Shown here piece by piece: positions 29,787 to 41,964 of a stretch of 64,000 nt of DNA. The notes below the pieces were generated by a model that did no database searches, was not told the origin of the DNA, and was given only the letters and a program-made list of their open reading frames with translations. Where the stretch lies: assembly GCA_964016885.1 (NCBI GenBank), contig OZ024750.1:1302001-1366000 (forward strand), in the 5' to 3' direction. Source of the DNA: Eledone cirrhosa (taxonomy: Eukaryota). The translations under genes and the position numbers were made by a program. Position 1 is the first letter of the stretch. Each line of letters opens with the position of its first letter.

Positions 29787-30399
29787 ATCATCATCATCAT
29801 CATTACTTTACCTCAAACTTTGTACATCTCCGTATATATCTAATCTAACAGAGATAACTTTAGAATATAAAACCTAACATCATTTTAAAATTACAATTTG
29901 AAAACTACTTTTTTAGTTTCTCGTTGAATATCCGCTCTTGTCGAGAGTATTGAGGACACCAAGCAACCCCAGTTATCGGTAATATTGCTGGAGAGTATAT
30001 GAAAACATGGGGTGCGACTTATTGGACAATTAATATCGGTTTTACACGACTGCTATCGTATTGAAAGAACAACCAGAATGTGATAAAAATATAACACAAG
30101 CAGCCCAGGTGAATAACAATGCTTGAAGAAAGCATTAACACCTGTCAGTGCAAAATCGAATATTTAAATGACATTATAACTTGTAGGTGAATAATAATTC
30201 ACAGAACACAAACTAAAGCTTATGTAAAAGTTAAGGAAAATCTAAAGAGATTCTACTTGCCAAAGTTGTGAAGGAAAGTTACTAATTATAAAGAATGAAG
30301 CCAAGACACCTTCTGGAAAAACTCGTATCGTAAAACATTAAAATACTAGAACGAGCCAGTATTTCCCACACGTTTTCTTCTAATCCATATGCTGTGCAT

Positions 30400-32400
30400 C
30401 GGAGGGTGATGGCAATTAAACAGTATGTTGCTTTTAGATAAACCTCTCTTCGGGAATATCTTTAATCATTTTGTTTTAAAATCTGATCTACAATGAAAGG
30501 AACCGTTGTCTCCGATGCTATAAATATTTCAAAGGGAATATTTATAGCATCGGAGAAAGTGTGTCTGTAGAACATATAGAATATTGATCAACAAACACGA
30601 ACTAAAGTGACATAAATAATACTATAAATAAAAGAATATATGAGGAACATTTAAGAATAGGGAATTCTAAAGGTGGTAATCATGACCATGGCATTCTAAA
30701 ATTATAAATAATTCATTACAAACAATAACAGATCTTCCTATGAGCGAGCGAAAGTAACTTCCAATGATAAAACATAAGGATAAAACAATAAAAAACAGTA
30801 TCTAGCCGACAAAGACTTAATTAAAACAGACACAATCATGAACATCCTTTGGCTAAAGGAAATAATATATACAGCAACTACTATAGCTAAAATGGATTGT
30901 AGGTTCTTTCTCCAATCTACTCAAATAGGGATATCAAAACCAAAATAAAGAATATAGAAAACAAATATAGAGAAACAAATAAGAAATATGAGAAAAGATA
31001 TCTCAATCCTTAATGAAATCAATAGCAAAAGAAGTGAGAAACAGGACGGAGAGACAAATACCTCTGAAATATAACAACAATGAAGCATACAAAGTGAAAG
31101 AAGGCGGGAAACAAGATATTCACGATAAATGACAAAGAATCCGTCTGTATTATAAGACACCAACGATTTCTCCAACTAAATAAACAGTTTGCCTCTAACT
31201 CAACATTAGTATCAGGAGCTTGGTAGAGATACTAACGAAATCAACATAGCATTACCAACAACAAGAGAAGTAGGAATGTTAGGTGTGGAGTGTGAGTAGC
31301 AAAGGAAGCCCCATGGTAAAAATAATCCTTCAAAACAACTAACACAGCATCTGAACAATCGTGAAAGGGTAAACATCAGGATTGTCCAGAACAATCGTGG
31401 GAGGGTAAACATCAGAGTAGTCAAAATGATATAAAATCACGACTTGAGGAGAACTGGATGTGATGAGATTTCAGAATTATCATTAAAGTATTTAATAAGG
31501 TCATGTAAGCTGCTAGCTGACAAGATTACTGAGAGACTGACAGAGCCGGAGACTGGTTCTATGAGGAGAAAAACTCTTAATCCCAAGGACTAAAGAAATA
31601 GCAAACCTTCAAAGCTTCAAACACATAACCTGTCTTCTTACGAGCCACGAAACATTAGGTGCTATCATATCTAAATAAACGCCTGAATACGATTGTTTCC
31701 TGAAGAGTTCAGATAATGACGGAAGAGCTTATATGCTGTCAGCTCAATTACATATTAACACAGGTATAAACAATGTCTGTGGAGTGGGGAAAAGAAGAGT
31801 GTAACCATAGTATGGGATATGTACTGGGATAGGTTTGACAATGTTCCTTACACATGAAATGTAGCTGCTTGAGGCATAACAAGGAAATACCAGTAGTAAG
31901 AAAACACATGAAAAATGTTATGGAAACACGAGAAACAATGAACAGGAATATGAATGCTAGAGTACATCAATCATCTTCTCTCTTGTAGACGACATCAAGT
32001 GTGTCACTGCAGATTAAGTTGAGAAATTTATGAGATTCGGATTATAAAACTACATCAAGGCAACCATGACGATTAACAACACTATTATTATGTGAGATAA
32101 AGAAACTGCGATAAGAGAATTAGATTAAATGCAGACATCCAAATACTTAGGAAGTAGACACTGTACAAAATACAAAATTATATTACACATTAGATGAATA
32201 CTTTAAAAGGAACTAAGGAATAAGTTATGTGTATAACAGTCTTACATGATTGTTAAACAAGTTAGCAAGTCTGGATAAAAAACAAAACAAGGTAGAGACG
32301 GTACTTAAAACACAGCACAACACTCCTATATAGAACCATCGTATAATACGCGGATGTAGGGGTCTGATGCTACTAACAATCTAGTGTCAAATATCTCGAC
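30400..32400 (+). mobile_element. Decayed R4/Dong-like LINE, 5' and RT part
   Basis: IEKQIRNMRKDISILNE (~30967), GCDEISELSLKYL (~31456), LIPRTKEIANLQSFKHITCL (~31577, cf. LIPK...NYRPITCL); boundaries approximate. Confidence 0.65.
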
Positions 32401-32493
32401 TACAAATATGTGTAATAAACTAACATAAGTAGTGCCATAATTAGCTGTTTTTGTTTTAGAGTGATCTGCAATTGTCTCCTTTATTCATGGGTA

Positions 32494-32667
32494 AATAATA
32501 ATTGTTTCTACTATTGGCACAAGGCCAGCAATTAATCAGTGTATTACTGGTACTTTATTTTATCGACCCCACAAAGATGAAAGGCAAAGTTAACCTCGGC
32601 GGGATTTGAACTCAGAATGTAAAGGGTCATTACTCTATGCTATGAAGCACGTTGTCTGACGCTCTAC
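32494..32667 (-). mobile_element. SINE family A, short-tail, head truncated
   Basis: Reverse match to family consensus. Confidence 0.9.
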
Positions 32668-32778
32668 TAAGTATTTCTGAATTAAGGAAACAATATAATA
32701 AAATAGAAGAGATATTGTTATGTCATAGAAGGAATCTGGTGTAACCGAGAGTTTTCTATATTTTCTACTTGGCCAAAC

Positions 32779-32853
32779 AACTATATAACGAACTTATATA
32801 CTCGGTTGCCATGGAAAACTATATAACGAACTTATATACTCGGTTGCCATGGA
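32779..32853. repeat. 38-bp tandem duplication
   Basis: AACTATATAACGAACTTATATACTCGGTTGCCATGGA twice. Confidence 0.9.
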
Positions 32854-32947
32854 CAACGCGTTAGTAACAAACCAACTACATTTACTTGCAAACAACAATG
32901 CAGAGATCTATCTACACACTCTTATATATCTTCCTCCCACCACCTTT

Positions 32948-33318
32948 ATCTGTCAGCCTGGCTCTCCCTCTCTCTCACACTCTCTCTCTGTCAGCCTGTC
33001 TCTCCCTCTCTCTCACACTCTCTCTGTCAGCCTGTCTCGCCCTCTCTCTCTGTGTCAAGCCTGGCTCTCCCTCTCTCTCACACTCTCTCTCTGTCAGCCT
33101 GTCTCTCCCTCTCTCTCACACTCTCTCTGTCAGCCTGTCTCGCCCTCTCTCTCTGTGTCAGCCTGTCATTCCTTCTCTCTCACACTCTCTCTGTCAGCCT
33201 GTCTCTCTCGTTCTCAGCCTGTCTCTCTCTCACACTCTCTCTCTGTCAGCCTGTCTCTCACTCTCTCTGTGTCAGCCTCTCTCTCTGTTTATCTCTGCCT
33301 CTCTCATACTCTCCCTCA
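32948..33318. repeat. CT-rich minisatellite with TGTCAGCCTG core
   Basis: About 12 TGTCAGCCT-type motifs separated by (CT)n/CACAC spacers. Confidence 0.9.
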
Positions 33319-33415
33319 GTGATAAATACCAATTATTGACACATTACCTCAGAATTTTGATGCAATGTGAAAGTCATTGAAATAAGCTTTCCTTTTCATT
33401 TTTAATTCAACAAGT

Positions 33416-33525
<110 letters not shown>

Positions 33526-33839
33526 AACAGACGCAGACGTATATAGGCGCACATAAACACACCAATACACCCATGAACATGACTCCACAAATAACCATCA
33601 GGAGGTACCCTACGGCATATTTCCTTTTAAATTCTACTAATGACAAATTTCTACTACTTTCACATACACACACACATACATATATACACACACATACATA
33701 TATATATATATACACACTTTCTTTTGAATATAAACATATATACATGGACACACACACACCTGTGCAATTCTATCTTTGTATTTGCCTTTTTTATACATAA
33801 ACAGACTCACACATTAAACACACACACACACACACACAC

Positions 33840-33966
33840 ATATATATGTATATATGTATATATATATATATATATGTATATGTATATATATATATATGTA
33901 TATGTATGTATATATATATATGTATATGTATGTATATATATATATGTATATGTATGTATATATATG

Positions 33967-34004
<38 letters not shown>

Positions 34005-34036
34005 TATGTATATATATATATGTATATATATATATG

Positions 34037-34074
<38 letters not shown>

Positions 34075-34191
34075 TGTATGTGTATATATATGTATGTATA
34101 TATATATACATATATGTATGTGTATATATATGTATGTATATATATATACATATATGTATGTGTATATATATGTATGTATATATGTATATAT

Positions 34192-34232
<41 letters not shown>

Positions 34233-34390
34233 TATGTATGTGTATATATATATGTATGTATATATATATATGTATGTATATATATATATGTATATATATA
34301 AATATATATATGTATGTGTATATATATATGTATGTGTATATATATATGTATGTATATATATCTATGTATGTGTATATATATATATGTATG

Positions 34391-34452
<62 letters not shown>

Positions 34453-34538
34453 TGTATGTATATATATATATGTATGTATATATATATATATGTATGTATA
34501 TATATATATGTATGTATATATATATATATGTATGTATG

Positions 34539-34571
<33 letters not shown>

Positions 34572-34795
34572 ATATATAAATACAGATATATATGTATTTA
34601 TATATATATATTTATGTATACATACATATATATATGTATATATATATTTATGTATACATACATATATATATGTATGTATATATATATGTATGTATACATA
34701 TATATGTATATATATATACATGTATGTATACATATATATGTATATATATATACATGTATGTATATATATACATATATATATATACATATATACAC
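33840..34795. repeat. ~950-bp (TA)n/(TATG)n array
   Basis: Directly visible. Confidence 0.95.
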
Positions 34796-34975
34796 ATCGC
34801 ACACGAATTAATTCCCACAGAAGGCAAGTATATTGAAATGTAAGTAATTTACTTTTGAAAAAAATATCTGCACCATTACAGCTTGTCTTATTACTGCATT
34901 AGATGCGGTATGACAACATTAAACATAAACATATTGCAAGTGGGCTATCGTGATTTTATAGTTGCAGCAATACTG

Positions 34976-35054
<79 letters not shown>

Positions 35055-35239
35055 AATTTTATAACTGTTATATTGATGCCATGTATTTTTTAAGCTCTAT
35101 TACACGCACACTCTCTATTGTTTGTATTATGTTATCTCATGTTCTCAATATTAGGGTATAAATATTGAGTTTTGTCATAAGTTAATCACTACCATGACTG
35201 AATCTTAACCATCTACTATGTCAGGGTATGTCATGCATC

Positions 35240-35314
35240 ATCTTATTTTATCTGATGAGGACGTACTGTTGAACTTAGCTCAGTAACTCTGAAATATGTA
35301 TAATAAAATATAAT
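35240..35314 (+). ncRNA. Type I hammerhead ribozyme motif within a single-arm copy (~35190-35345) of the 39999-40296 family
   Basis: TATTTTAT-CTGATGA(35252-35258)-GGA.TACTG...CAGTA.TCT-GAAA(35291-35294)-TATGTA-TA|ATAAAATA; stem I TATTTTAT/ATAAAATA pairs. Confidence 0.75.
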
Positions 35315-35433
35315 TGATCACAAGAATATCTATTTTGTTAATATTTTGAATTAATATATATATATATATCGATAAAATATCGACTCACTTTATCCTAACC
35401 ACTCAATATAAATTTGATGTACACCCGTAATAA

Positions 35434-35623
35434 ATAATTGTTTCTACCGTTGGCACAAGGCCAGCAATTATCGCAGTGTATTACTGGTACTTTATTTTAT
35501 CGACCCCGTAAGGATGAAAGGCGAAGTTAACCTCAGCGGGATTTGAACTCAGTCCGTAGAGCGACGTAACTGTGCTGCAAAGCACGGCGTCCGACCCTCT
35601 ACCGATACTGCCAACCCACCGCC
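35434..35623 (-). mobile_element. SINE family A, short-tail, with 15-bp TSD
   Basis: CCCGTAATAAATAAT at 35424-35438 and 35622-35636. Confidence 0.92.
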
Positions 35624-36702
35624 CGTAATAAATAATGTTATGTATTCAATATTTTTAATATCTTGTAAATAAATAACACAGAACCAATTCCTACATTAGA
35701 AATATTACTTTCGTTGCAATAAAAATATAGAGTTCTAACGCAGACAACGTTGATTAAGCCTTGAGAAAACAGAAGAATTTCTATAATCATTTGGTTAATT
35801 AATAATTTGAAAAGATGTTCCTCATCACTACGTCATCTTATTTATAAGACAAGATATTATATGTACATAGTGAAGTTTGAGTCGTGAGAAAAACTGACAG
35901 TTTGTTAAGATGGCTGCGATATTTGAAACAGTCCTGGACAGTGGTAGCCAAAAAAGTATACGAAAAATAGCCCAGTAAAGTAACTACCAATTTATTGAAA
36001 AATCGGGAGTAGAAATATACCAATGAAATTTCATCGATGTATGAAATATCGAGTCCCTGCTTAATGAAAATTTGTCGAGAAAATATCAAAATATCAAAAC
36101 AGAGCGGACTCATAATAGATAATATTATGAATATAACATTTTTAATATATGGAAAATAACTATTATAGAACGAAGCAGAACATTAATAATATTACTTGCA
36201 TTACAGTAGCAATATCTATTTTTTAATACACTGGTGAATATATGTATATCTACATACAACGGGTTTCCAAGCAATTTCCGTCTACAAATTTCACTAACAA
36301 TGCTTTAGTTAACCAGACGCTATAGGAAGGTACAATACTATGAGACTGAATCAGTAAACTTGTGTTTGTGTTGTCAACTCATTAACCATACACGTTCACA
36401 CAGATTCTCTGTCTCGGTTACACACTCACATATATATATATTGATAATTAGATAAACAGAGAAAGAGAGACTGTGTCTGAGAGAGAGATAAATATTCTTT
36501 GTCATAGAACTTAAAAGACAAAATTTAAATACATATTAATAATATTCATACAGTGTATAAATATTAATGAATTTTATTGACAATTGTTATTAATGTAGAA
36601 TCAACTCTACTTTAGTAAACACATTGTAAACACAACATTCAGAGCAAAACTGGTTCTTCTCGTCACTATTTACAGACTATTGATGTTGTTATGGTTAAAC
36701 CT

Positions 36703-36980
36703 CAGGGCAGATCTCATCCAGTAGACCAGGGCCAGGGAACCTGCGCTCCCGGGGAAGCTCTCATCCAATAGCGCGGGGCCCGGGAACCTGTAGGGCAGCT
36801 CTCATCCAATAGACCAGGGCCAAGGAACCCGCGCTCTCGGGGCAACTCTCATCCAATAGACCGGGGCCCGGGAACCTGTAGGGCAGCTCTCATCGAATAG
36901 ACCAGGGCCAAGGAACCAGCGCTCTCGGGGCAGCTCTCATCCAATAGACCGGCGCCCGGGAACCTGCACTCCCGGGACAG
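36703..36980. repeat. GC-rich minisatellite with alternating ~46/~41-bp units
   Basis: Six CTCATCCAATAGACC.GGGCC..GGAACC-type units ending alternately in GCGCTC(T/C)CGG or TGTA. Confidence 0.9.
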
Positions 36981-37684
36981 CATGCGCCTATTTAGGTTCG
37001 ATTGGCGCTTTGAGATTTTGTTTTATTTTATTTTACTTTATTTAGATATAAGCCACGACTTATGACCCAGGCCTTAAAGCAATTTAAGAGAATTTTCATA
37101 GCAGAATATATTTTTATATTAAATTGTGCTGCTTTGATTGTTCCAATTACCTTTTAAAATAAAAACAAGTGTCTTTACATTCCTGACCTTTACAGAAGAC
37201 CTAAGGTCAAGGTCTTTTAGTCATGAGAATTTCGTATTTTATTGTTTTTATTTTATAATATATACTACAATAGCCTGGACTAAACTTCTACAATCCAGCC
37301 AACATCTTGAAGCTTTATCATCGGATTATAGTGTTGACAATTGTATTTTGAAATTGTCATAGACAGTCAACTGTTTCAAGTGTCACTTACCTGTCCATTC
37401 ATATGTCTCCGCTTGTAAAGACCGTGTTTCACTTACCTATTCCTCACCATTCATATATGCTATCAATATTCGAATGAGTAAGGGACCCGCTACGTAAGGG
37501 TTGACTGAACGTTTGGGCCAGACCTAGCGTATATATAAGGTTAGAAAATATCTAAATAAATACAATATTCTGAAACAGTTTATTCGAGGTTCTAATTCAA
37601 ATATAATTACTCTTAATGGTCTGTTTATATATATATATATATATATAGTCTACTGATTTAATTGGTTTTGCAAATGGTCAGTCA

Positions 37685-37840
37685 TGTGGGGATGCGGGGA
37701 AAAGTCGATGAAACCGATCCCAATACTTGACAATTACTTTATTTTATCGACCACAGCGGGATTTGAACTCAACTTAAAGAGCCAGAACAATTATAGTTAC
37801 GCATTTATCCTTCGGTCTAACGATTCTGCAAATAGACCAG
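37685..37840 (-). mobile_element. SINE family A relative, diverged long-tail form
   Basis: AAGTCGAT...TACTTTATTTTATCGACC...GCGGGATTTGAACTC. Confidence 0.7.
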
Positions 37841-37879
37841 CCTTTGACCAATTACATATAATGGCTTCAACAAACACTG

Positions 37880-38125
37880 TATGTGTGTGACAGCTCACAC
37901 CTATGCAGGTTTATCTGGCCTCCTCCAAGGTATATCTCGTTGGAGGTGTCTTGGGTAATTTAATGATAGGGACCACAGTCCTATCATCTCATTTCTACAG
38001 CTGAGTAAACTAGTGCAACGTGAAATGAAGTGTCTTGCTCAAAGAAACAACATTACTCGGTCCGAGAATTGAACTCACAACCTTTCGATTGAAAGGCCAA
38101 TGCTCTAACTACTAAGCCATGCTCC
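37880..38125 (-). mobile_element. SINE family B
   Basis: Reverse of ATGGCTTAGTAGTTAGAGCATTGGCC...GTGAGTTCAATTC...TTGAGCAAGACACTTCATTTCACGTTGC; lower boundary approximate. Confidence 0.75.
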
Positions 38126-38423
38126 TTCAACAAACATTGGGTAGCAACAGAATATCGACGACAACACCAATGATAACAATCTGTTGACGTTGGATCTGTT
38201 ATATCATCCTCAAAGTACGCTGCATATTAATCCAGCTTTTATGCTAAAACACTAACAACTCTTAATTAAGTTTCATAAATTGCTTGCACAGACAGAACAT
38301 GTGTGAATATATTTGTAATTATGTGTAAATGTTGAGGATTACGTAAGTTATTTCCATAATATTTGTTTTAATGTAACAATCAGTTCACCTACAGATATTG
38401 AAACAAAGTAAAAATAGGAAACG

Positions 38424-38627
38424 AATAATAATAATAATTGTTTCTACTTTAGGCAGAAGGCCAGCAATTATCCCAGTACATTACTGGTACTTTATTTTAT
38501 CGACTCCGTAAGGATGAAAGGCAAAGTTAACCTCGACGGGATTTTGAACTCAGATCATAAAGGGCCGTAACTCTATGCTGTAAAGCATGGTGTCCGGCTC
38601 TCTACTGATACTGCCAATCCACCGCCC
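38424..38627 (-). mobile_element. SINE family A, short-tail, full length
   Basis: Reverse match with (AAT)n tail. Confidence 0.92.
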
Positions 38628-38629
38628 TT

Positions 38630-38850
38630 AATAATGCTTTCTGATTTAGGCACAAGGCCAGCAATTTGAAGGGAGGAGAAAGTCGATTAAATCGACCCCA
38701 GTTCTAGACTGGTGCTTTATTTTATCGACCTCGTAAGGATCAAAGGCAAAGCTAACCTCGGCGGGATTTGAACTCAGACCATAAAGGGCCGTAACTCTAT
38801 ACTGCAAAGCATGGTGTCCGACCCTCTACCGATATTGCCAATTTGCTGAC
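38630..38850 (-). mobile_element. SINE family A, long-tail, in tandem with the preceding copy
   Basis: Contains the extra GAAGGGAGGAGAAAGTCGATTAAATCGACC segment. Confidence 0.92.
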
Positions 38851-38999
38851 CTTTTAAAATATAATCTGCGTCCAAAATTACCTGTGTTTGTCGCATTGTT
38901 TTCAACTGAATATTTCCATGTGCCTTTTAGACAACAGTGTTGTTTGTATTACGTAACAACCAGAAGCACTAAATATCGTTTACGATATATATATATACC

Positions 39000-39311
39000 C
39001 AGTATACACTGAGGATGAAAAACTCAGAGCTGTATGGGAGCCTCCCAAAAGTCAGCTCAAAAGTAACACAGAGGAGACTGAGGTTAGCTGGACATGCTCA
39101 CCGACATCCAGAGTTGACATTGGACTCGGTGCTCCTGTGGGAGGCCCTACATGGACTTACTGGAAGAGGAAGACCAAGGTTAACGTATGTTGATGCCCTA
39201 AAGACAGACACTGGTCTGTTGGAGACGCAGGACATGGCAGCGATAATGAGGGACAGAGACCGTTGGAGAGAACTCGTCCATGGATCTCGGGAATTTTACC
39301 CTCCCTAGATA
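39000..39311 (+). mobile_element. RTE-clade LINE 3' fragment (97-aa open frame 39015-39308)
   Basis: QRRLRLAGHAHRH...LLW...GRGRPRLTYVDALKTD...DRDRWREL is the typical RTE RT C-terminus; second copy at 3114-3208. Confidence 0.85.
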
Positions 39312-39849
39312 CTCAGGTACAGGAATATATGTGGATGCATCATGCATGTATCTAAATATATTTGTGTAGATATATATTTTTTTGTGTGTATATATATATA
39401 TATATATGTTATATTTTTTCTGAACGGATCTATTGAGAATCAATTGATAACATGATATGTCTCAATTTTAGTGTCAACTATGGATAGTATTTCTACTCCG
39501 AATAAATAATAAATTGAATGTTTTATTTGCTTGTCCAATATGGATAATAAACTAAATGTTAGGCGGTATTGTTTCAATAAACTAACAAGTTCTTGGATCG
39601 ACAAAGAAAACATGATAATAATTTAAATGTTCACGATGGCTTGTATTTCCGTATGGGCAATATATGCATATTGTTTCTGAGGATAGACAGCACAATGAAA
39701 TCACTTTGTGAAGGCTAATATGATTCAGTGGCAAAAACCTGCTATCGATTAGTCGATAAAATGTTTGTTTATTTTGCATTCTGAAATGATCGTAAAACAA
39801 TGGATTAATTAAATGTTCCTAAAACGTGTCTAGTTGTTTCATTGCTCAA

Positions 39850-39902
<53 letters not shown>

Positions 39903-40036
39903 GAGTTAAACAATATTCAATGAGTACATCAAAGAATGAGTTTTACAGTAGATTGGAAGCACTCTATGGAAAATAATTTTCCAGAGTTATTAATATTAAA
40001 ATACAAATATTAATAAAATAGATGTTCTTTTTATCA

Positions 40037-40099
40037 ATTACATTTTATTATGCATATTTCGGATGTACAACAGTACGTCCTCATCAGACAAAATATAAT
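40037..40099 (-). ncRNA. Type I hammerhead ribozyme motif
   Basis: Minus strand AUUAUAUUUUGU-CUGAUGA-GGACGUAC UGUU GUACAUCC-GAAA-UAUGCA-UA|AUAAAAUGUAAU; 12-bp stem I with two G-U pairs; stem II 7/8 paired. Confidence 0.85.
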
Positions 40100-40195
40100 G
40101 GTATATGACTTACCCTGAGATGTTAAATGGTTAAGATTTATTTACTACCTTCATTAAATCTTAACCATTTAACATCTCAGGGTATGTCATGCATC

Positions 40196-40258
40196 ATTAT
40201 ATTTTGTCTGATGAGGACGTACTGTTGTACATCCGAAATATGTATAATAAAATGTAAT
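40196..40258 (+). ncRNA. Type I hammerhead ribozyme motif
   Basis: CTGATGA 40208-40214, GAAA 40235-40238, predicted cleavage after 40246; stem I 40196-40207 / 40247-40258. Confidence 0.85.
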
Positions 40259-40543
40259 TGATAAAAAGAACATCTATTTTATTAATATTTGTATTTATAT
40301 ATATATATATTATATATACGTGTGTGTGTGTATGTATTATGTGTGTGTGCGTGTGTATGTATTATGTTTGTGTGTTTGTATCTATGTGTGTGTGTGTTTG
40401 TGGACGCAGCATTACCGAATGATTGCGAAATTAGTTCTGTATTCATTATATGGCTGAGGTTCGTTCGTGCAGTTCGGTACCTTGGGCAAGTGTTATTAAA
40501 CGTAGCCTCAGGTGGACCCAAGTCTTGTGAGGGAAACTGGGTA

Positions 40544-40580
<37 letters not shown>

Positions 40581-40585
<5 letters not shown>

Positions 40586-40782
40586 GGGGTTCTGGAATGT
40601 TCTTGGCTCGATCGCTGCTAGAGAGACCTGGCTGGAGGCCCAAATTTCCGAGTTCTTTCTACAGGGCTTAGACAAACTGAAGGACCGTTGCAATATGTGA
40701 GGAATTTGAGAGGGGAATACGTTGAATAAAATCTGGAATAACTATTTTGGTTTACCCAAAGCCAGGAGCCTTTCAGTACCCC

Positions 40783-40785
<3 letters not shown>
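40581..40785 (+). mobile_element. Non-autonomous mariner element with transposase C-terminal remnant
   Basis: Imperfect TIRs GAGGGGGTTCTGGAATGTTCTTGGCT / AGCCAGGAGCCTTTCAGTACCCCTC; 40623-40729 reads ETWLEAQISEFFLQGLDKLKDRCN, then frameshift, NLRGEYVE*; flanked by (TA)n. Confidence 0.8.
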
Positions 40786-40822
<37 letters not shown>

Positions 40823-41069
40823 CAAATGTATACGGGAACAAAACAGAGAGGCAGTTTATTAGGTTCACGCTTTTGAAGAGATAGATAGAGAGATATACAT
40901 CGAAGAAGTGAGTGAGAGAATGTGTGAAAGTAGATAAATTAATTTAAATACACGTAGATCTATTCAGCTAAAGATATTTAGACTCTATTCAATACAAATT
41001 ATATGCATTAATTATTTTCTCCAACCTTTTTATGCTGCAGTTCTCAAAATGTTAATGAGACATTCATCA

Positions 41070-41628
41070 ACAGACACATAGACACGTTCTACAGACATAC
41101 AGACACGTTCTACAGACATACAGACATGTTCTACAGACATACAGACATGTTCTACAGACATACAGACATGTTCTACAGACATACAGACACGTTCTACAGA
41201 CATACAGACACGTTCTACAGACCTACAGACATACAGACACGTTCTACAGACATACAGACACGTTCTACAGACATACAGACATGTTCTACAGACATACAGA
41301 CATATTCTACAGACATACAGACACGTTCTACAGACATACAGACACGTTCTACAGACATACAGACACGTTCTACAGACATACAGACATGTTCTACAGACAT
41401 ACAGACATATTCTACAGACATACAGACATGTTCTACAGACATACAGACACGTTCTACAGACATACAGACATACAGACACGTTCTACAGACATACAGACAC
41501 GTTCTACAGACATACAGACATGTTCTACAGACATACAGACACGTTCTACAGACACACAGACATGTTCTACAGACATACAGACACGTTCTACAGACATACA
41601 GACACGTTCTACAGACATATAGAGACAC
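41070..41628. repeat. 21-bp minisatellite (GACACGTTCTACAGACATACA) x~26
   Basis: Directly visible; two 8-bp register slips. Confidence 0.95.
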
Positions 41629-41754
41629 GCTCACATTCATACACAACATTTGTCACATGTTTCCTACATTAGATATAATAACAAAGCGATATGCTTGTTA
41701 TAATGTAGCGTTGCAATGAACTAATACTAGCGTCCCGGTTGTTTACCTCTAGTA

Positions 41755-41956
41755 TACGAGGGATGTCTGAGAAGTTCATAGGCAGACCAAGATACTCTCA
41801 TGGAATGACCAAATGAGGTTTATTGTTCAATATAGTCCCTGGATAGAAACAATACAATTATTAATAAAACAGATTGAAATTAATTCATTCAAGATTGCAC
41901 AGCTCTAGCATCACTCCTTTATAGCAAGTCTATGAACTTTTCAGTCGACCCTCGTA
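41755..41956. mobile_element. Tc1/mariner-type MITE M1, full length
   Basis: TA-CGAGGGATGTCTGAGAAGTTCATAG ... CTATGAACTTTTCAGTCGACCCTCG-TA. Confidence 0.88.
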
Positions 41957-41964
41957 TATAAAGA

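Larger units (their letters stand above)
39897..40296. mobile_element. Fold-back element between TA tracts with 142-bp inverted arms, each carrying a hammerhead motif
   Basis: Arms 39999-40140 and 40155-40296, few mismatches, 14-nt spacer; unique extension 39897-39998. Confidence 0.85.

Noticed and set aside
33640-34836. 398-aa ORF and other long Y/I/M/V/C/H/T ORFs (also 22105-22725, 14990-15358)
   Set aside because: Translations of (TA)n, (TATG)n and (CA)n microsatellites, which lack stop codons by composition
39015-39308. Host protein-coding gene
   Set aside because: Matches the RTE LINE C-terminal pattern and has a second degraded copy at 3114-3208
41030-41719. ORFs of 113-197 aa
   Set aside because: Entirely the 21-bp minisatellite
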